Of a stretch of DNA of 64,000 bases, positions 38,814 to 48,266 are shown in pieces (the first letter of the stretch is position 1; the number at the start of each line of letters is the position of its first letter). The notes beneath the pieces were generated by a model. The model was not told the origin of the DNA. It worked only from the letters and a program-made list of their open reading frames with translations, and searched no databases. The translations under genes were made by a program, and so were the position numbers. Origin of the DNA: a virus; IMG/VR virus record IMGVR_UViG_3300027861_000011, positions 129,839-193,838 of that record; one strand, given 5' to 3'.

Positions 38814-39944
38814 ATGAGAAAATCAGATAAGAAAAAAAACATGGGCAAGGCTAATCTATTAGCTGAAACAAGATACCTTGAATCAAAAGGTATATTAAAT
38901 GAAGATAGAAAAGAAAATATGGGGAGTAGATTTAGTGGTAATATGAATGAACACCAGTATTTGAATAGTTGGATAGACTCAGCATTAGAATTGGAAATCG
39001 ACCCTAATGACATGAACGCCAAACAGGATTATGTATTAAATTTCCGAATCCAAAATGACAGCCTTGGTAAGGTGGATAAAAATAGTGATTATTATAGAGA
39101 TTTACTAAAGAAAGTAACAGAGTTAAAAGAAAAAGGTCATCAACTCTGGCCTGGTCAATTGGATTTTATGCCAGAGGTATTGGAAGAAAGTTCAGCAGTA
39201 GATTATGAAAAGGTAGAATCAAATATTAATACTAATAATCTTAATTTTACTTATAAGTACGATGCTGCTGAAGGGCCTACTGAATCAGAGTATATTACTG
39301 GTCCGATTAAAGTTGAGTTCGTTAAGGGTATGGGTTCAAACCTAATAATGGCTGAAATTCCATTATTTAATTTCGAAACCCGCAAAAAAGGCGGCTCAAG
39401 ATTAAGATACATGTTTAACAATAAAGACAAAGAAAGTAGCTTGAGTTTTAATTATAGAGGTAATCGTTGGGAAAACTTCTTTGATGTAATTGACACTCAA
39501 TATCATTCAAGTTTTGAGAAAGTTAAAAAAGAGTTAGATGATATGGCTCATGGCGACAGAGGGTGGAATACAAATGAAGATGTAAGACCTTTGGTTACAG
39601 AAGATTCTGGTGGTGAATTAGACTTATTTAATCCACCTAATTGGCATAGTTTAGCTAGTTCAGTTTTTGATTCTCGTATCCCACAATTCAACTCCCAAAA
39701 AACTAACAGTAAAGCAATGGCTAATGATAATAAGGTACTATTTCTATATAGAGTTTTAACAGAAGAACAACTTGGCCAGAGTATGGGTTATATAAGTCTT
39801 GATTATGGGCATAGTAGTTATGAAATATGGACCAACAACGAACCATTCATGGCTAAATATTTAAAAAGAAACGGTAAAGACCCAGATGCTTATTCATTTA
39901 TAAACTCGAATGGTGAATACAGTGGTACTGAACCTAAAAACTAA
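38814..39944 (+). CDS. leader family B protein
   Basis: MRKSDKKKNMGKANLLAETRYLESKGILNE. Confidence 0.7.
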   Translation: MRKSDKKKNMGKANLLAETRYLESKGILNEDRKENMGSRFSGNMNEHQYLNSWIDSALELEIDPNDMNAKQDYVLNFRIQNDSLGKVDKNSDYYRDLLKKVTELKEKGHQLWPGQLDFMPEVLEESSAVDYEKVESNINTNNLNFTYKYDAAEGPTESEYITGPIKVEFVKGMGSNLIMAEIPLFNFETRKKGGSRLRYMFNNKDKESSLSFNYRGNRWENFFDVIDTQYHSSFEKVKKELDDMAHGDRGWNTNEDVRPLVTEDSGGELDLFNPPNWHSLASSVFDSRIPQFNSQKTNSKAMANDNKVLFLYRVLTEEQLGQSMGYISLDYGHSSYEIWTNNEPFMAKYLKRNGKDPDAYSFINSNGEYSGTEPKN

Positions 39945-39988
39945 AATATTACGAAAATATTTTACAATAAAAATAACTAAACAATAAC

Positions 39989-40018
39989 AAGCTCGACTCG
40001 AAAGATTCGAGCTTTTTT
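39989..40018 (+). terminator. intrinsic terminator
   Basis: AAGCTCGA...GAAA...TCGAGCTT then T-tract. Confidence 0.8.
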
Positions 40019-40030
40019 ATACTTTAAAAT

Positions 40031-40222
40031 ATGGATAAATTAGTTAGAAAATTAGGAATGGAAAGTATAAAGGACTTTAAAGAAAGGTTTGATGAAATTT
40101 GTGACCAGTATCAAACCAAAGCAATTTCACAAGGCTATGATGGGGACTTAATCTTCAAAAAAGAAAAAGGTAAGATGGTTGTATTTGTAACTGTCGAATC
40201 TAAAAACGGTGCGTTAAAATAA
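40031..40222 (+). CDS. hypothetical protein
   Basis: 63-aa ORF. Confidence 0.55.
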   Translation: MDKLVRKLGMESIKDFKERFDEICDQYQTKAISQGYDGDLIFKKEKGKMVVFVTVESKNGALK

Positions 40223-40255
40223 TTATTTTACTATGTTTCGATATATTTATATAAT

Positions 40256-41173
40256 ATGAAAGGGTTTATAAAAAAATTACTTAGAGAGGGATTAAATGAA
40301 GCTAATTTCGGTGAACATTCTGTTGATAGATTTAAAGAACGTTTTAGTGAATTCAGTGATGAAGATATTCCACAAAGTGTAAAGCAAGGGATAATAAAAA
40401 ATCTTGATACTATTGAGAGAACAGATTTCCCAATTAATAAATCATACGGTGTAATGCTTGGGTCAATCCCAGTTAATAAAGAGTCACAATACTACAAGGC
40501 TTATCTTGAAACTGTTAAGGCTGGTAATACAATGGGTAAAGGTGGTTCTTATTATAGTATTATTGGTGATAAAAAACGTATCATTAAAGATTCAACAGGT
40601 AATCAATTCTGGGTTGTGATAAGAAACAACGAAGTAACTACATTCATGCTTAGAAAAGATGTTCAAACTAATGACTCTAATTATACTATTGAGAAGTTAA
40701 GGGTTGATAGTGTTATTAAGAACTTAAAAACGTATCTTGAGAAGAAAGAACCAGCTCCACGAAGAACAGATAAGTTCAAACCACTTAAATTAAGTAATAA
40801 TGAAAAGGTTAGGTACTATAAAGACCTAAATAAGTTTGAAACTCTTAAAAGTGGTGAACCAATAAATTTAGTTGATATTTTTGACTTATTACCAAATGAT
40901 GAAATGATGTTAGATATATTCTCTAAAGCATCTAAAGAAGAAAAAAACGAATTAATTGATAAAATGCCAGAACATTTAGAAGATAAGGTGATGGAGTTAA
41001 TGGAATCAATAGAATTACCAGTTGAAATAGGTGATACTGTCTTAATGGGTAAGTTTAAAAACAAAAAGGTTGTTGTTAAAGACATTAAATGGGATGAAGA
41101 AAAAGGTGATTTACATATCAATGGTAAACCAGCACTTAAGATGAGATTAATAAAGAAACTTGAAGATAAGTAG
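40256..41173 (+). CDS. leader-bearing multidomain protein
   Basis: MKGFIKKLLREGLNE; TATTTATA at 40244; HSVDRFKER motif. Confidence 0.7.
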   Translation: MKGFIKKLLREGLNEANFGEHSVDRFKERFSEFSDEDIPQSVKQGIIKNLDTIERTDFPINKSYGVMLGSIPVNKESQYYKAYLETVKAGNTMGKGGSYYSIIGDKKRIIKDSTGNQFWVVIRNNEVTTFMLRKDVQTNDSNYTIEKLRVDSVIKNLKTYLEKKEPAPRRTDKFKPLKLSNNEKVRYYKDLNKFETLKSGEPINLVDIFDLLPNDEMMLDIFSKASKEEKNELIDKMPEHLEDKVMELMESIELPVEIGDTVLMGKFKNKKVVVKDIKWDEEKGDLHINGKPALKMRLIKKLEDK

Positions 41174-41175
41174 AT

Positions 41176-41673
41176 ATGAAATTAGTATTATGTAAGCAGT
41201 GTGATGATGTAGTAAGACTAATCCACACAAAATGGAGAAAATGTGAATGTGGTAAATCTGGTGGTCAATACAATGAAGACCTAATGAGTGCCACTATTGG
41301 TGGTGATTGTGAGGTTATTGGTATTAGGAATGATTGGGTTAAGGCTGGTAAACAAAAAAGAAAGGAAGTTGACCTAAATAAAATAATCCAAGGTGAATAT
41401 TTAGGGGATGTTCAAATTCATAGAATTAAATCTGGTGATGGACCTAGATTAAAGATGGAAATTAAGAAATTCGATAATGAGTTTAATGAAATCACATTTA
41501 AAGATAAAAGAAAATATACAGTTAATTTAAAGGGTAGTAATAAATCACCAAAAACACTTAAGGTTCCAATTAATAAGGTAGGTCCAAGTTTTAAAAGTAA
41601 AGAAACTAAAAATGAAGGTATTGAAAGACTTGGTAAGATTATGTTAGAACATTTCAAATTAGGGGGTAAATAA
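41176..41673 (+). CDS. zinc-ribbon protein
   Basis: CKQC...CECG. Confidence 0.65.
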   Translation: MKLVLCKQCDDVVRLIHTKWRKCECGKSGGQYNEDLMSATIGGDCEVIGIRNDWVKAGKQKRKEVDLNKIIQGEYLGDVQIHRIKSGDGPRLKMEIKKFDNEFNEITFKDKRKYTVNLKGSNKSPKTLKVPINKVGPSFKSKETKNEGIERLGKIMLEHFKLGGK

Positions 41674-41674
41674 A

Positions 41675-41705
41675 TTGATTTATTCATTTTTTATTCGTAT
41701 ATTTG
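41675..41705 (+). promoter_or_regulatory. sigma70-type promoter
   Basis: TTG-N20-TATATTTG. Confidence 0.72.
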
Positions 41706-41709
41706 GATT

Positions 41710-42159
41710 ATGAAGGAAAATATTAAAAATATACTTAGGGAAGACGTATCTAAAAACGTCTTAGGTGACCCACCATCAAGCACTAATAAGATTGCTATGC
41801 TTGTGTTGGATTCAAATTCACAAAATAAATTGATTAACGTTACAAAGGAATATATTCCAGAGGGGTGGAAGTTATATGCTCATCATATGACAATTAACTT
41901 TGGTAAAGGGTTACCAGAAGAGTTAAGGGGTGACTTGGGTACTACTAAGTCGGTTAGGGCTGTAGAGATAGGCGTAAGTGACATGGCTGTTGCTATAAGG
42001 GTTGAGGGTTATCATTCAGATAATGATATACCACATGTTACTATTGCGGTCAACCCTAATGGAGGAAAACCTGTTATGTCTAATAAGATTACAAATTGGG
42101 AAAAGTTAGAGAATTATATTAATCTTTCTGGTGTAGTATCAGAAGAAAAACTAAATTAA
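41710..42159 (+). CDS. 2H phosphoesterase (tRNA-ligase CPD-like) with leader MKENIKNILRE
   Basis: HHMTI and PHVTI HxT motifs. Confidence 0.75.
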   Translation: MKENIKNILREDVSKNVLGDPPSSTNKIAMLVLDSNSQNKLINVTKEYIPEGWKLYAHHMTINFGKGLPEELRGDLGTTKSVRAVEIGVSDMAVAIRVEGYHSDNDIPHVTIAVNPNGGKPVMSNKITNWEKLENYINLSGVVSEEKLN

Positions 42160-42638
42160 TGGTAAAAACGGAAATAGAAACAGAAAGAAGATTTCTGTTA
42201 AAACGTGCGCCTAGAGTTAAGTGGGATTTAGTCAAAAGTATTGAGCAATATTACTTATCGGATAGGGGTGGTATCAGAACTGAAAGAATACGAAGTATTA
42301 GTGATTTGAATGTTAGTAAAAAGTTTTTTCACACTATTAAGGAACCTATCGAAGGAAGTGATATGTCTGTTCATGAAACTGAAAGAGAGATAACGGAATC
42401 AGAGTACTTAAAGTTTTGGGAAAAGAAAGATAGAATGATTACTAAGGATAGATATATTTTACTTGATGGTGATTTAAAATGGGAAGTGGATATTTTCAAT
42501 AATAATCACTTAATAATTGCTGAAGTTGAATTACCTAATGAGAGTTATGATTTAAAGATTCCAGAAGAGTTAAACGATATGATTATAATGGAGATAACAG
42601 GATTAAAAGAATTTAGTAATTCGGAATTAGCATATTAA
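42159..42638 (+). CDS. CYTH domain protein
   Basis: EIETERRFL, WEVDIF, IAEVEL. Confidence 0.85.
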   Translation: MVKTEIETERRFLLKRAPRVKWDLVKSIEQYYLSDRGGIRTERIRSISDLNVSKKFFHTIKEPIEGSDMSVHETEREITESEYLKFWEKKDRMITKDRYILLDGDLKWEVDIFNNNHLIIAEVELPNESYDLKIPEELNDMIIMEITGLKEFSNSELAY

Positions 42639-42655
42639 AAAAAAAATAAATAATA

Positions 42656-43006
42656 ATGAAAGTAGGTAACGAAGAAAGACGCATGGAATTAAGTAGTAAG
42701 ATATTTGATATGGGTACAGCCTTGATAAATGAAGGTGAAAGTAAGGAAGACTATATGATAAGTAATACTGGTAACATAATGATGTTAATTAGTGGGTTAT
42801 TGTATGATTCGAAAGATATGGTTTTTTTTAGTGAGTTATGTGATATGTTCTCAGCTAAAAAACTATTAGATAACCAAATGGAACTTGGACCTTTAAGTGA
42901 TATGGATGAAGATGAATTATATAGGATGATGTCCAACTTAAATGATGAAATTGATAAAGATTTAGGTGATGAAGATTCAGATGATGAAGATTTAGATTAT
43001 GAGTAA
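42656..43006 (+). CDS. hypothetical acidic protein
   Basis: 116-aa ORF. Confidence 0.6.
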   Translation: MKVGNEERRMELSSKIFDMGTALINEGESKEDYMISNTGNIMMLISGLLYDSKDMVFFSELCDMFSAKKLLDNQMELGPLSDMDEDELYRMMSNLNDEIDKDLGDEDSDDEDLDYE

Positions 43007-43310
43007 ACCTAAACTAATAAAAGAGTACAAAGAATCAAAGCCAAAGGAAATATGGATTGATGGGGTACTATCTAATTTTACATACGGATTATTAGGTTCT
43101 ATGGTAATTGTAGCTATAACGTCTAGGGTAGATATAGCGGTTCTACTATCATACTTAACGTATTATTTTTACCTAGGTAAGGTAATTAATCGACCTAAAT
43201 ATGTGACATCATTAGGAAAGTTCATAGTATTTCCAATACCAACAGCAATTGGGGCGTTTACTGGGTATAAGTTAGCACCCCTATTAATTGATTTAATAGG
43301 TAGGATGTGA
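42999..43310 (+). CDS. membrane protein
   Basis: Three hydrophobic segments. Confidence 0.6.
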   Translation: MSKPKLIKEYKESKPKEIWIDGVLSNFTYGLLGSMVIVAITSRVDIAVLLSYLTYYFYLGKVINRPKYVTSLGKFIVFPIPTAIGAFTGYKLAPLLIDLIGRM

Positions 43311-43422
43311 AAAATAAATATGAAATTATTTGCTTGTTTCATTTTTATTTCGTATATTTGTATTTGATATATAAAATATATGAAAAAGTTTCGAAAAATA
43401 AATTATTATAATGTTGTAGGTA

Positions 43423-43713
43423 ATGGAAGAGATATTAGAAAATAAATATTATTCTTCATTAGTTGTTTTGATAAGTCAAATAGTTTTCTTATATCTAAGA
43501 ACTCTTAATGTGATTTATACAGCAGACAAGAAAATAATACCAGCAATAATAACTCAGAATGGCGTTGGATTAATGTGGCTTATATCAATATCAATTGGTA
43601 TAAAGTCAATAATGGGTGGTGATACATTACCAATTATAATGTATTTAATCGGTGGTTCATTAGGAACATACTGGGGAATGAAAAAAGAATCTAAAAATAA
43701 AAAAAATAATTAA
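43423..43713 (+). CDS. small membrane protein (DUF5698/DUF2179-like)
   Basis: FLYLRTLN...YLIGGSLGTYWG. Confidence 0.55.
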   Translation: MEEILENKYYSSLVVLISQIVFLYLRTLNVIYTADKKIIPAIITQNGVGLMWLISISIGIKSIMGGDTLPIIMYLIGGSLGTYWGMKKESKNKKNN

Positions 43714-43724
43714 AGTAAAAACAC

Positions 43725-43755
43725 TTGCATCTTAAATATAAAGGATGTATATTTG
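43725..43755 (+). promoter_or_regulatory. sigma70-type promoter
   Basis: TTG-N20-TATATTTG. Confidence 0.75.
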
Positions 43756-43791
43756 CAGTATAAATAAATAAATAATATAAAAATAAAGATT

Positions 43792-44148
43792 ATGATTTAC
43801 ACGTTTGAAGGAACAATCAAAGAAATTTTTGACACTATTACATTTGATAGTGGGTTTAGTAAAAGAGAAATTGTTTTAACATCGGATGAGCAATATCCAC
43901 AAGATGTTAAATTCGAATTCATTAAAGAAGCTTCATCTTCTTTAGATGCGTTTACAACTGGTGAAGCTGCGAAGATTTCATTTGCACTTAGAGGTAACGA
44001 ATACAACGGAAAGTATTTTGTAAACTTAAAAGGTATTAGCATTGCTAAGATGAGTGGAACACCGACTGCATCAGTCCCAACTCCAGCACCAGCCGTAGTA
44101 ACGGAACCAACTGGTGGGGGTACTGAAACAGATGACTTACCGTTTTAA
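43792..44148 (+). CDS. DUF3127-family OB-fold single-stranded DNA-binding protein
   Basis: FSKREIVL...YPQDVKFEF...LRGNEYNGKYF; acidic tail TDDLPF. Confidence 0.8.
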   Translation: MIYTFEGTIKEIFDTITFDSGFSKREIVLTSDEQYPQDVKFEFIKEASSSLDAFTTGEAAKISFALRGNEYNGKYFVNLKGISIAKMSGTPTASVPTPAPAVVTEPTGGGTETDDLPF

Positions 44149-44213
44149 TAGGTAACCAATAAATTAGCAATTCACGTAAAAGGTCTTGCTAATTCAATTT
44201 TAAAAAATAAAAG

Positions 44214-44444
44214 ATGGGAATACAAAAGAATTCAAATAGAGTGTTTAGACTTAAACATGGAAAAGAAACAATGGTGCCTGGGGTATCAGATGTGTTATCT
44301 CTTAAAGATGGTGAAGAATTCCATATCGTTGCCGATATGATGTATATGAGTGGATTCCCATTACCACCTGGTTTACAGAAACCAATTATGGATTGGGTAT
44401 TAGGTAATCCAATTTTATTCGTTGAGGATACCAGAAACTTTTAA
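44214..44444 (+). CDS. hypothetical protein
   Basis: 76-aa ORF. Confidence 0.6.
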   Translation: MGIQKNSNRVFRLKHGKETMVPGVSDVLSLKDGEEFHIVADMMYMSGFPLPPGLQKPIMDWVLGNPILFVEDTRNF

Positions 44445-44785
44445 TGAGGTCTGATTTCATATTTCGTAGTGGAAAATATAAAGGCAAGACATATAGATGG
44501 GTTATTGTCCATAACCCTAAATATATTGCTTGGATAAAGGAGAATAAACCACAAATGCTTGTAGATAAACTGAAACCTAAAAAAGAGGTCAAGGTTACCA
44601 ATCTAAAAGAAGATGATGGTAAATTCAAGATGCCCTTAAATCTGAATTTCGATAATGAGCCACCACATGAACAATGTATTCCTTATATGCTTGACCACCC
44701 AGAACAGTATGTTGAACAATTAATGGAATTTGAGAAACACCATAAGACTAGGTTTAGACTTATTAAAAAAGAATGTGGAAAATGA
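44444..44785 (+). CDS. protein with F.SGKYKG...P.YI.W small domain
   Basis: FRSGKYKGKT...NPKYIAWI (DUF3820/ExoX C-terminal-like). Confidence 0.55.
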   Translation: MRSDFIFRSGKYKGKTYRWVIVHNPKYIAWIKENKPQMLVDKLKPKKEVKVTNLKEDDGKFKMPLNLNFDNEPPHEQCIPYMLDHPEQYVEQLMEFEKHHKTRFRLIKKECGK

Positions 44786-45510
44786 AAGAAATTGATAAAT
44801 GTACACCATATTACTGGTGTTCAGAGGCTAATATTAGAATATTAGACCTGGAAGAATTAGAAGAAAAATGGTATTTTACGCACACAGTTACTAAAGATGA
44901 ATTTTCTTCTTGGTTATTAGGAAAGAAAGTAAAACCTAATTCAATGCCCAGAAAGACATCACCTTATTTAGAGTATAGAATGTATGGTCTTGTACCTTAC
45001 AATATTAGCTCCATACAAGGTGCTATTCAGTATGGTCACGCATTACAAGAATACAACAATTTAATGTTTGACGCTATTGATTCTATTTTTGTTAAACCTA
45101 TTGAATATGTAGGTTTTAATAAGTGGAGAAAAGAAGATAAGACCTTCATTATACTTAATGGTGGAACAACCAATGAAAATAAGGATGATAAATGGTACGG
45201 AACACTACAACAAAGTAGAGATATACTTATTGAAAAGAAAATCCTATTTGGTGAGTTCAAAGAACCAGACCTTAATAACTCATTGACCGCAATCGTATTT
45301 CTTGTTGATGAAAGAGTGTTTGATAGAGAAACATATCCAGATTATGTTGACACACCTTATGACAGATTCAAGGATGGTAAGAATGAGGAAACAATAAGGC
45401 AATGGGAAGATAATAATAATATGAATAGAGCTTTTTGGGTTGATAAGATTGGTGGTGAAACTAACGATTGGTTAAGAACTTGGTTAAAAAACTTCAGATT
45501 AGCTAATTAA
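44782..45510 (+). CDS. peptidyl-tRNA hydrolase PTH2-like protein
   Basis: MYGLV...QGAIQYGHA, F.EPDLNNSLTAI. Confidence 0.6.
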   Translation: MKEIDKCTPYYWCSEANIRILDLEELEEKWYFTHTVTKDEFSSWLLGKKVKPNSMPRKTSPYLEYRMYGLVPYNISSIQGAIQYGHALQEYNNLMFDAIDSIFVKPIEYVGFNKWRKEDKTFIILNGGTTNENKDDKWYGTLQQSRDILIEKKILFGEFKEPDLNNSLTAIVFLVDERVFDRETYPDYVDTPYDRFKDGKNEETIRQWEDNNNMNRAFWVDKIGGETNDWLRTWLKNFRLAN

Positions 45511-45523
45511 TTATTATATAAGT

Positions 45524-46348
45524 ATGGGTAAAATATACCAGATATTTAAAGAATATAAATATAAATTATTATTAATGTATATGTTTATGTTAATAGTGGA
45601 AGTATCTATAGTACTTCAACCCTTCTTATTAGGTAAAAGTATTGATGATTTAATTAATGGTAATTATTTATGGTTGTTTTTACTTTCTATTTCTTATTTT
45701 ACCTCAGATTTTTTTCATTATAAAAGTATGGTTTATGATACTAAAGTATATACGGAGATATATAACGATATTGTTTTAAGGTTTCTAAAGAAAACAGATG
45801 TAGATATTTCAACTAAGATAGCAAGGACTGATATGGCCAAAGACATTGTAGGTGTACTTGAAGGTTATGTTCATTATTATATATCAACCATTATAACTAT
45901 TATTGGTTCAATTTGGTTTATATACTCAATTAATTACAGTGTTGGGATTTCTGTAACTATTGCTTTATTTTTTATATTAAGTGCCGTTATGATTCATTAT
46001 AAAAAAATAAGACAATCTATAAAGGTTAAACATAACCATTCAGAGAATAGAGTTAAACGTTTAGAAGGCGGTTATCTTAAATCTAGACTTTTCTTTGAAA
46101 GGAAACGCAAATTAGATATATATGCATCCACTTTACAGGGTAAGAATTGGGTTCTCGTAGGTACAATAAAACACATCTTCTTGATAGTATCAATAGTATT
46201 ATTAATTTTAAATTCTGAAAACATAACCATTGGTAGTGTTATTACTACATATTCATATGTTAATACTTTCTTAATGTCAATGATGTCAATACCCGTTGGG
46301 GTTGAAATGTATTCAAGAATAACTGATATATCAAAAAGATTCAATTAA
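45524..46348 (+). CDS. ABC transporter transmembrane-domain protein (no ATPase)
   Basis: PFLLGKSIDDLI, YDTKVYTEIY; 5-6 TM helices. Confidence 0.7.
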   Translation: MGKIYQIFKEYKYKLLLMYMFMLIVEVSIVLQPFLLGKSIDDLINGNYLWLFLLSISYFTSDFFHYKSMVYDTKVYTEIYNDIVLRFLKKTDVDISTKIARTDMAKDIVGVLEGYVHYYISTIITIIGSIWFIYSINYSVGISVTIALFFILSAVMIHYKKIRQSIKVKHNHSENRVKRLEGGYLKSRLFFERKRKLDIYASTLQGKNWVLVGTIKHIFLIVSIVLLILNSENITIGSVITTYSYVNTFLMSMMSIPVGVEMYSRITDISKRFN

Positions 46349-46411
46349 ATAAAAACAAAGTTTAAAATAATAACCTCTTAATAAGTTTTATATTATTATT
46401 CATATATTTGC

Positions 46412-46636
46412 ATGGTACAAAATAAAAGACATATAGTAAAGGCTTTTACTTGGAGGATAGTAGCCTCAATAACTACATTTATAATTAGTTGGTTAGCAAC
46501 TGGTAATATAGAGACAGGGTTATCAATTGGTTCTTTTGATTTCGCATTAAAGTTACTATTGTATTATGGACATGAAAGAGTTTGGTATAAATCCAAATAT
46601 GGTATTAATGAAACAGACAATAAAAATAAAGGGTAA
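46412..46636 (+). CDS. DUF2061 small membrane protein
   Basis: KAFTWRIVAS...YYGHERVW. Confidence 0.8.
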   Translation: MVQNKRHIVKAFTWRIVASITTFIISWLATGNIETGLSIGSFDFALKLLLYYGHERVWYKSKYGINETDNKNKG

Positions 46637-47102
46637 GATTAAATTCGACCCTATAAATAGGACAACCAAGCATCATAAACAAGGTAGTTGGAAAAAACTA
46701 GCTATGGTTATTTTTGACGGAGATTTATCCGAATACTATGCATGGTTTCTTAAAAAGAGATATAACTTAACACTTAATAAACCACTTCGAAATTCACACA
46801 TAACATTCATTAATGATAGAGAATCTGATATGAATGGTAAGTGGGGAGAAATGAAAGAAAAATACCAATCTAAAGAGATAGAGATTGTATTAAGTATTGA
46901 CCCTATAACACACTCAAGAAGTTCTGGTCATTGGTGGCTTAACATACCAGAAGAAGATAGATGTGAATTACACAACTTAAGAGGTGAGTTAGGACTTAGT
47001 AGACCATATTGGGGACTTCACATGAGCTTGGGATATGCAAATGATAATAACCTGGCACATTCAAAGTATATTCACAAACTTATAAGTAAATATGGCTATT
47101 AA
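46608..47102 (+). CDS. 2H-phosphoesterase-like protein, second copy
   Basis: SHITFI and LHMSLG HxT/S motifs. Confidence 0.55.
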   Translation: MKQTIKIKGKIKFDPINRTTKHHKQGSWKKLAMVIFDGDLSEYYAWFLKKRYNLTLNKPLRNSHITFINDRESDMNGKWGEMKEKYQSKEIEIVLSIDPITHSRSSGHWWLNIPEEDRCELHNLRGELGLSRPYWGLHMSLGYANDNNLAHSKYIHKLISKYGY

Positions 47103-47108
47103 TTATCT

Positions 47109-47420
47109 TCATAAAAACGGGTTATCATAATCCGATAATGCTTTAAAGTTGTCGTGAATTTTTTTACATTCGGTTAAGAAGTTCGTAACATCTTCAGGAC
47201 CTAAAACAAACCACTCTCCCTCTAGTCTTTTTGATTTATATTTTCTATGTAATGTCCTTTCTATTTTACTATGAAAGTCTGATTCAAATACAGACACTAT
47301 ATCAATAGGTATTGAATTCCCCGTTTGTAAGGATTTAACCCTTTTTGAAACTTCACCGCTGGTGATTCCTATTTTATAATGACCATCATCTAGGTTGGCT
47401 AACAAATAAACTTTCTTCAT
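47109..47420 (-). CDS. GIY-YIG-like (T5orf172/MUG113) protein
   Basis: VYLL...YKIGIT...RVKSLQTGN...GEWF. Confidence 0.85.
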   Translation of the reverse strand: MKKVYLLANLDDGHYKIGITSGEVSKRVKSLQTGNSIPIDIVSVFESDFHSKIERTLHRKYKSKRLEGEWFVLGPEDVTNFLTECKKIHDNFKALSDYDNPFL

Positions 47421-47488
47421 ATTTAAAAATACAGTTTTTAGTTGAATTTGTAAATAATTAACATTATATTTGTGTAAAATAAAGTATT

Positions 47489-47950
47489 ATGAGTAGACCA
47501 TTTAACCAAAAAGCGTATGATGCTTTCGATTTAAAAAATAAAGAAGCTCTAGTTGAATTGATGAAAGAAAAAGATTATACCTTAGTCGGGGATATTAATG
47601 AAGAACACTATAAAAAATATGACGTTAAATTTAGTAAAGGTAATGATGAAATCTCATTTGAAAATGAGACAAGGGTTAATTTCAATTCTATAAGAGATTT
47701 TTTTAATACGATTCACATACCAGCCAGAAAAAAGAATACTGAAGCTAATTATTATGTTGTCTGGAAACCAGATATGAATGAATTCTTTTTAATACCAAAT
47801 AACGTAATCAAAGATTGTGCTAAGGATTTAATTGAAATTGTTTGTAATGAATTTGATGAAGATAAAAAATATTTAGACTCTTTTATAGATATCCCAAAAG
47901 AAAGGGCAACTCACTTTACCAAGATTAATGGTAAATGGAAAAATAAATGA
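47489..47950 (+). CDS. PD-(D/E)XK-like nuclease
   Basis: YDVK...ENETR pattern. Confidence 0.5.
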   Translation: MSRPFNQKAYDAFDLKNKEALVELMKEKDYTLVGDINEEHYKKYDVKFSKGNDEISFENETRVNFNSIRDFFNTIHIPARKKNTEANYYVVWKPDMNEFFLIPNNVIKDCAKDLIEIVCNEFDEDKKYLDSFIDIPKERATHFTKINGKWKNK

Positions 47951-48044
47951 CTTAATTGTTAGGTAGTTAAAAATAATTAAAAAACTTGACAATTCTAAGT
48001 TTTTTGTTATGTTTGAGCATATATATATAGAAGAATGAGAACTA

Positions 48045-48212
48045 ATGAAAGAAAGTGAATGGGATTTATTGCTGTTAGAAGCAACCCAAGAAATTACGGT
48101 TATAAAGCGTAGAGCTAAGTCCATAAAGAAAATAAAAAGGAAATCTAATTTAAAGTCTAAGATAACTAAATGGTGGCCAAATAAATTAGATGCGGTAAAT
48201 AATCATACTTAA
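48045..48212 (+). CDS. small basic protein, 55 aa, not in ORF track
   Basis: MKESEWDLLLLEATQEITVIKRRAKSIKK... Confidence 0.5.
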   Translation: MKESEWDLLLLEATQEITVIKRRAKSIKKIKRKSNLKSKITKWWPNKLDAVNNHT

Positions 48213-48266
48213 TATAAGAATTCTTATATTAAGTTCTTTTTAATTTGTTATAATATTTATATATGA

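Noticed and set aside
44162-44193. AATTAGCAA/TTGCTAATT inverted repeat as a third copy of the GCAA RNA motif
   Set aside because: Lacks the AAAGA start and TCTGA end; more likely a terminator or stability hairpin after the SSB gene.
48045-48212. Suspected frameshifted gene
   Set aside because: Re-reading shows an intact 55-aa ORF below the track cutoff.
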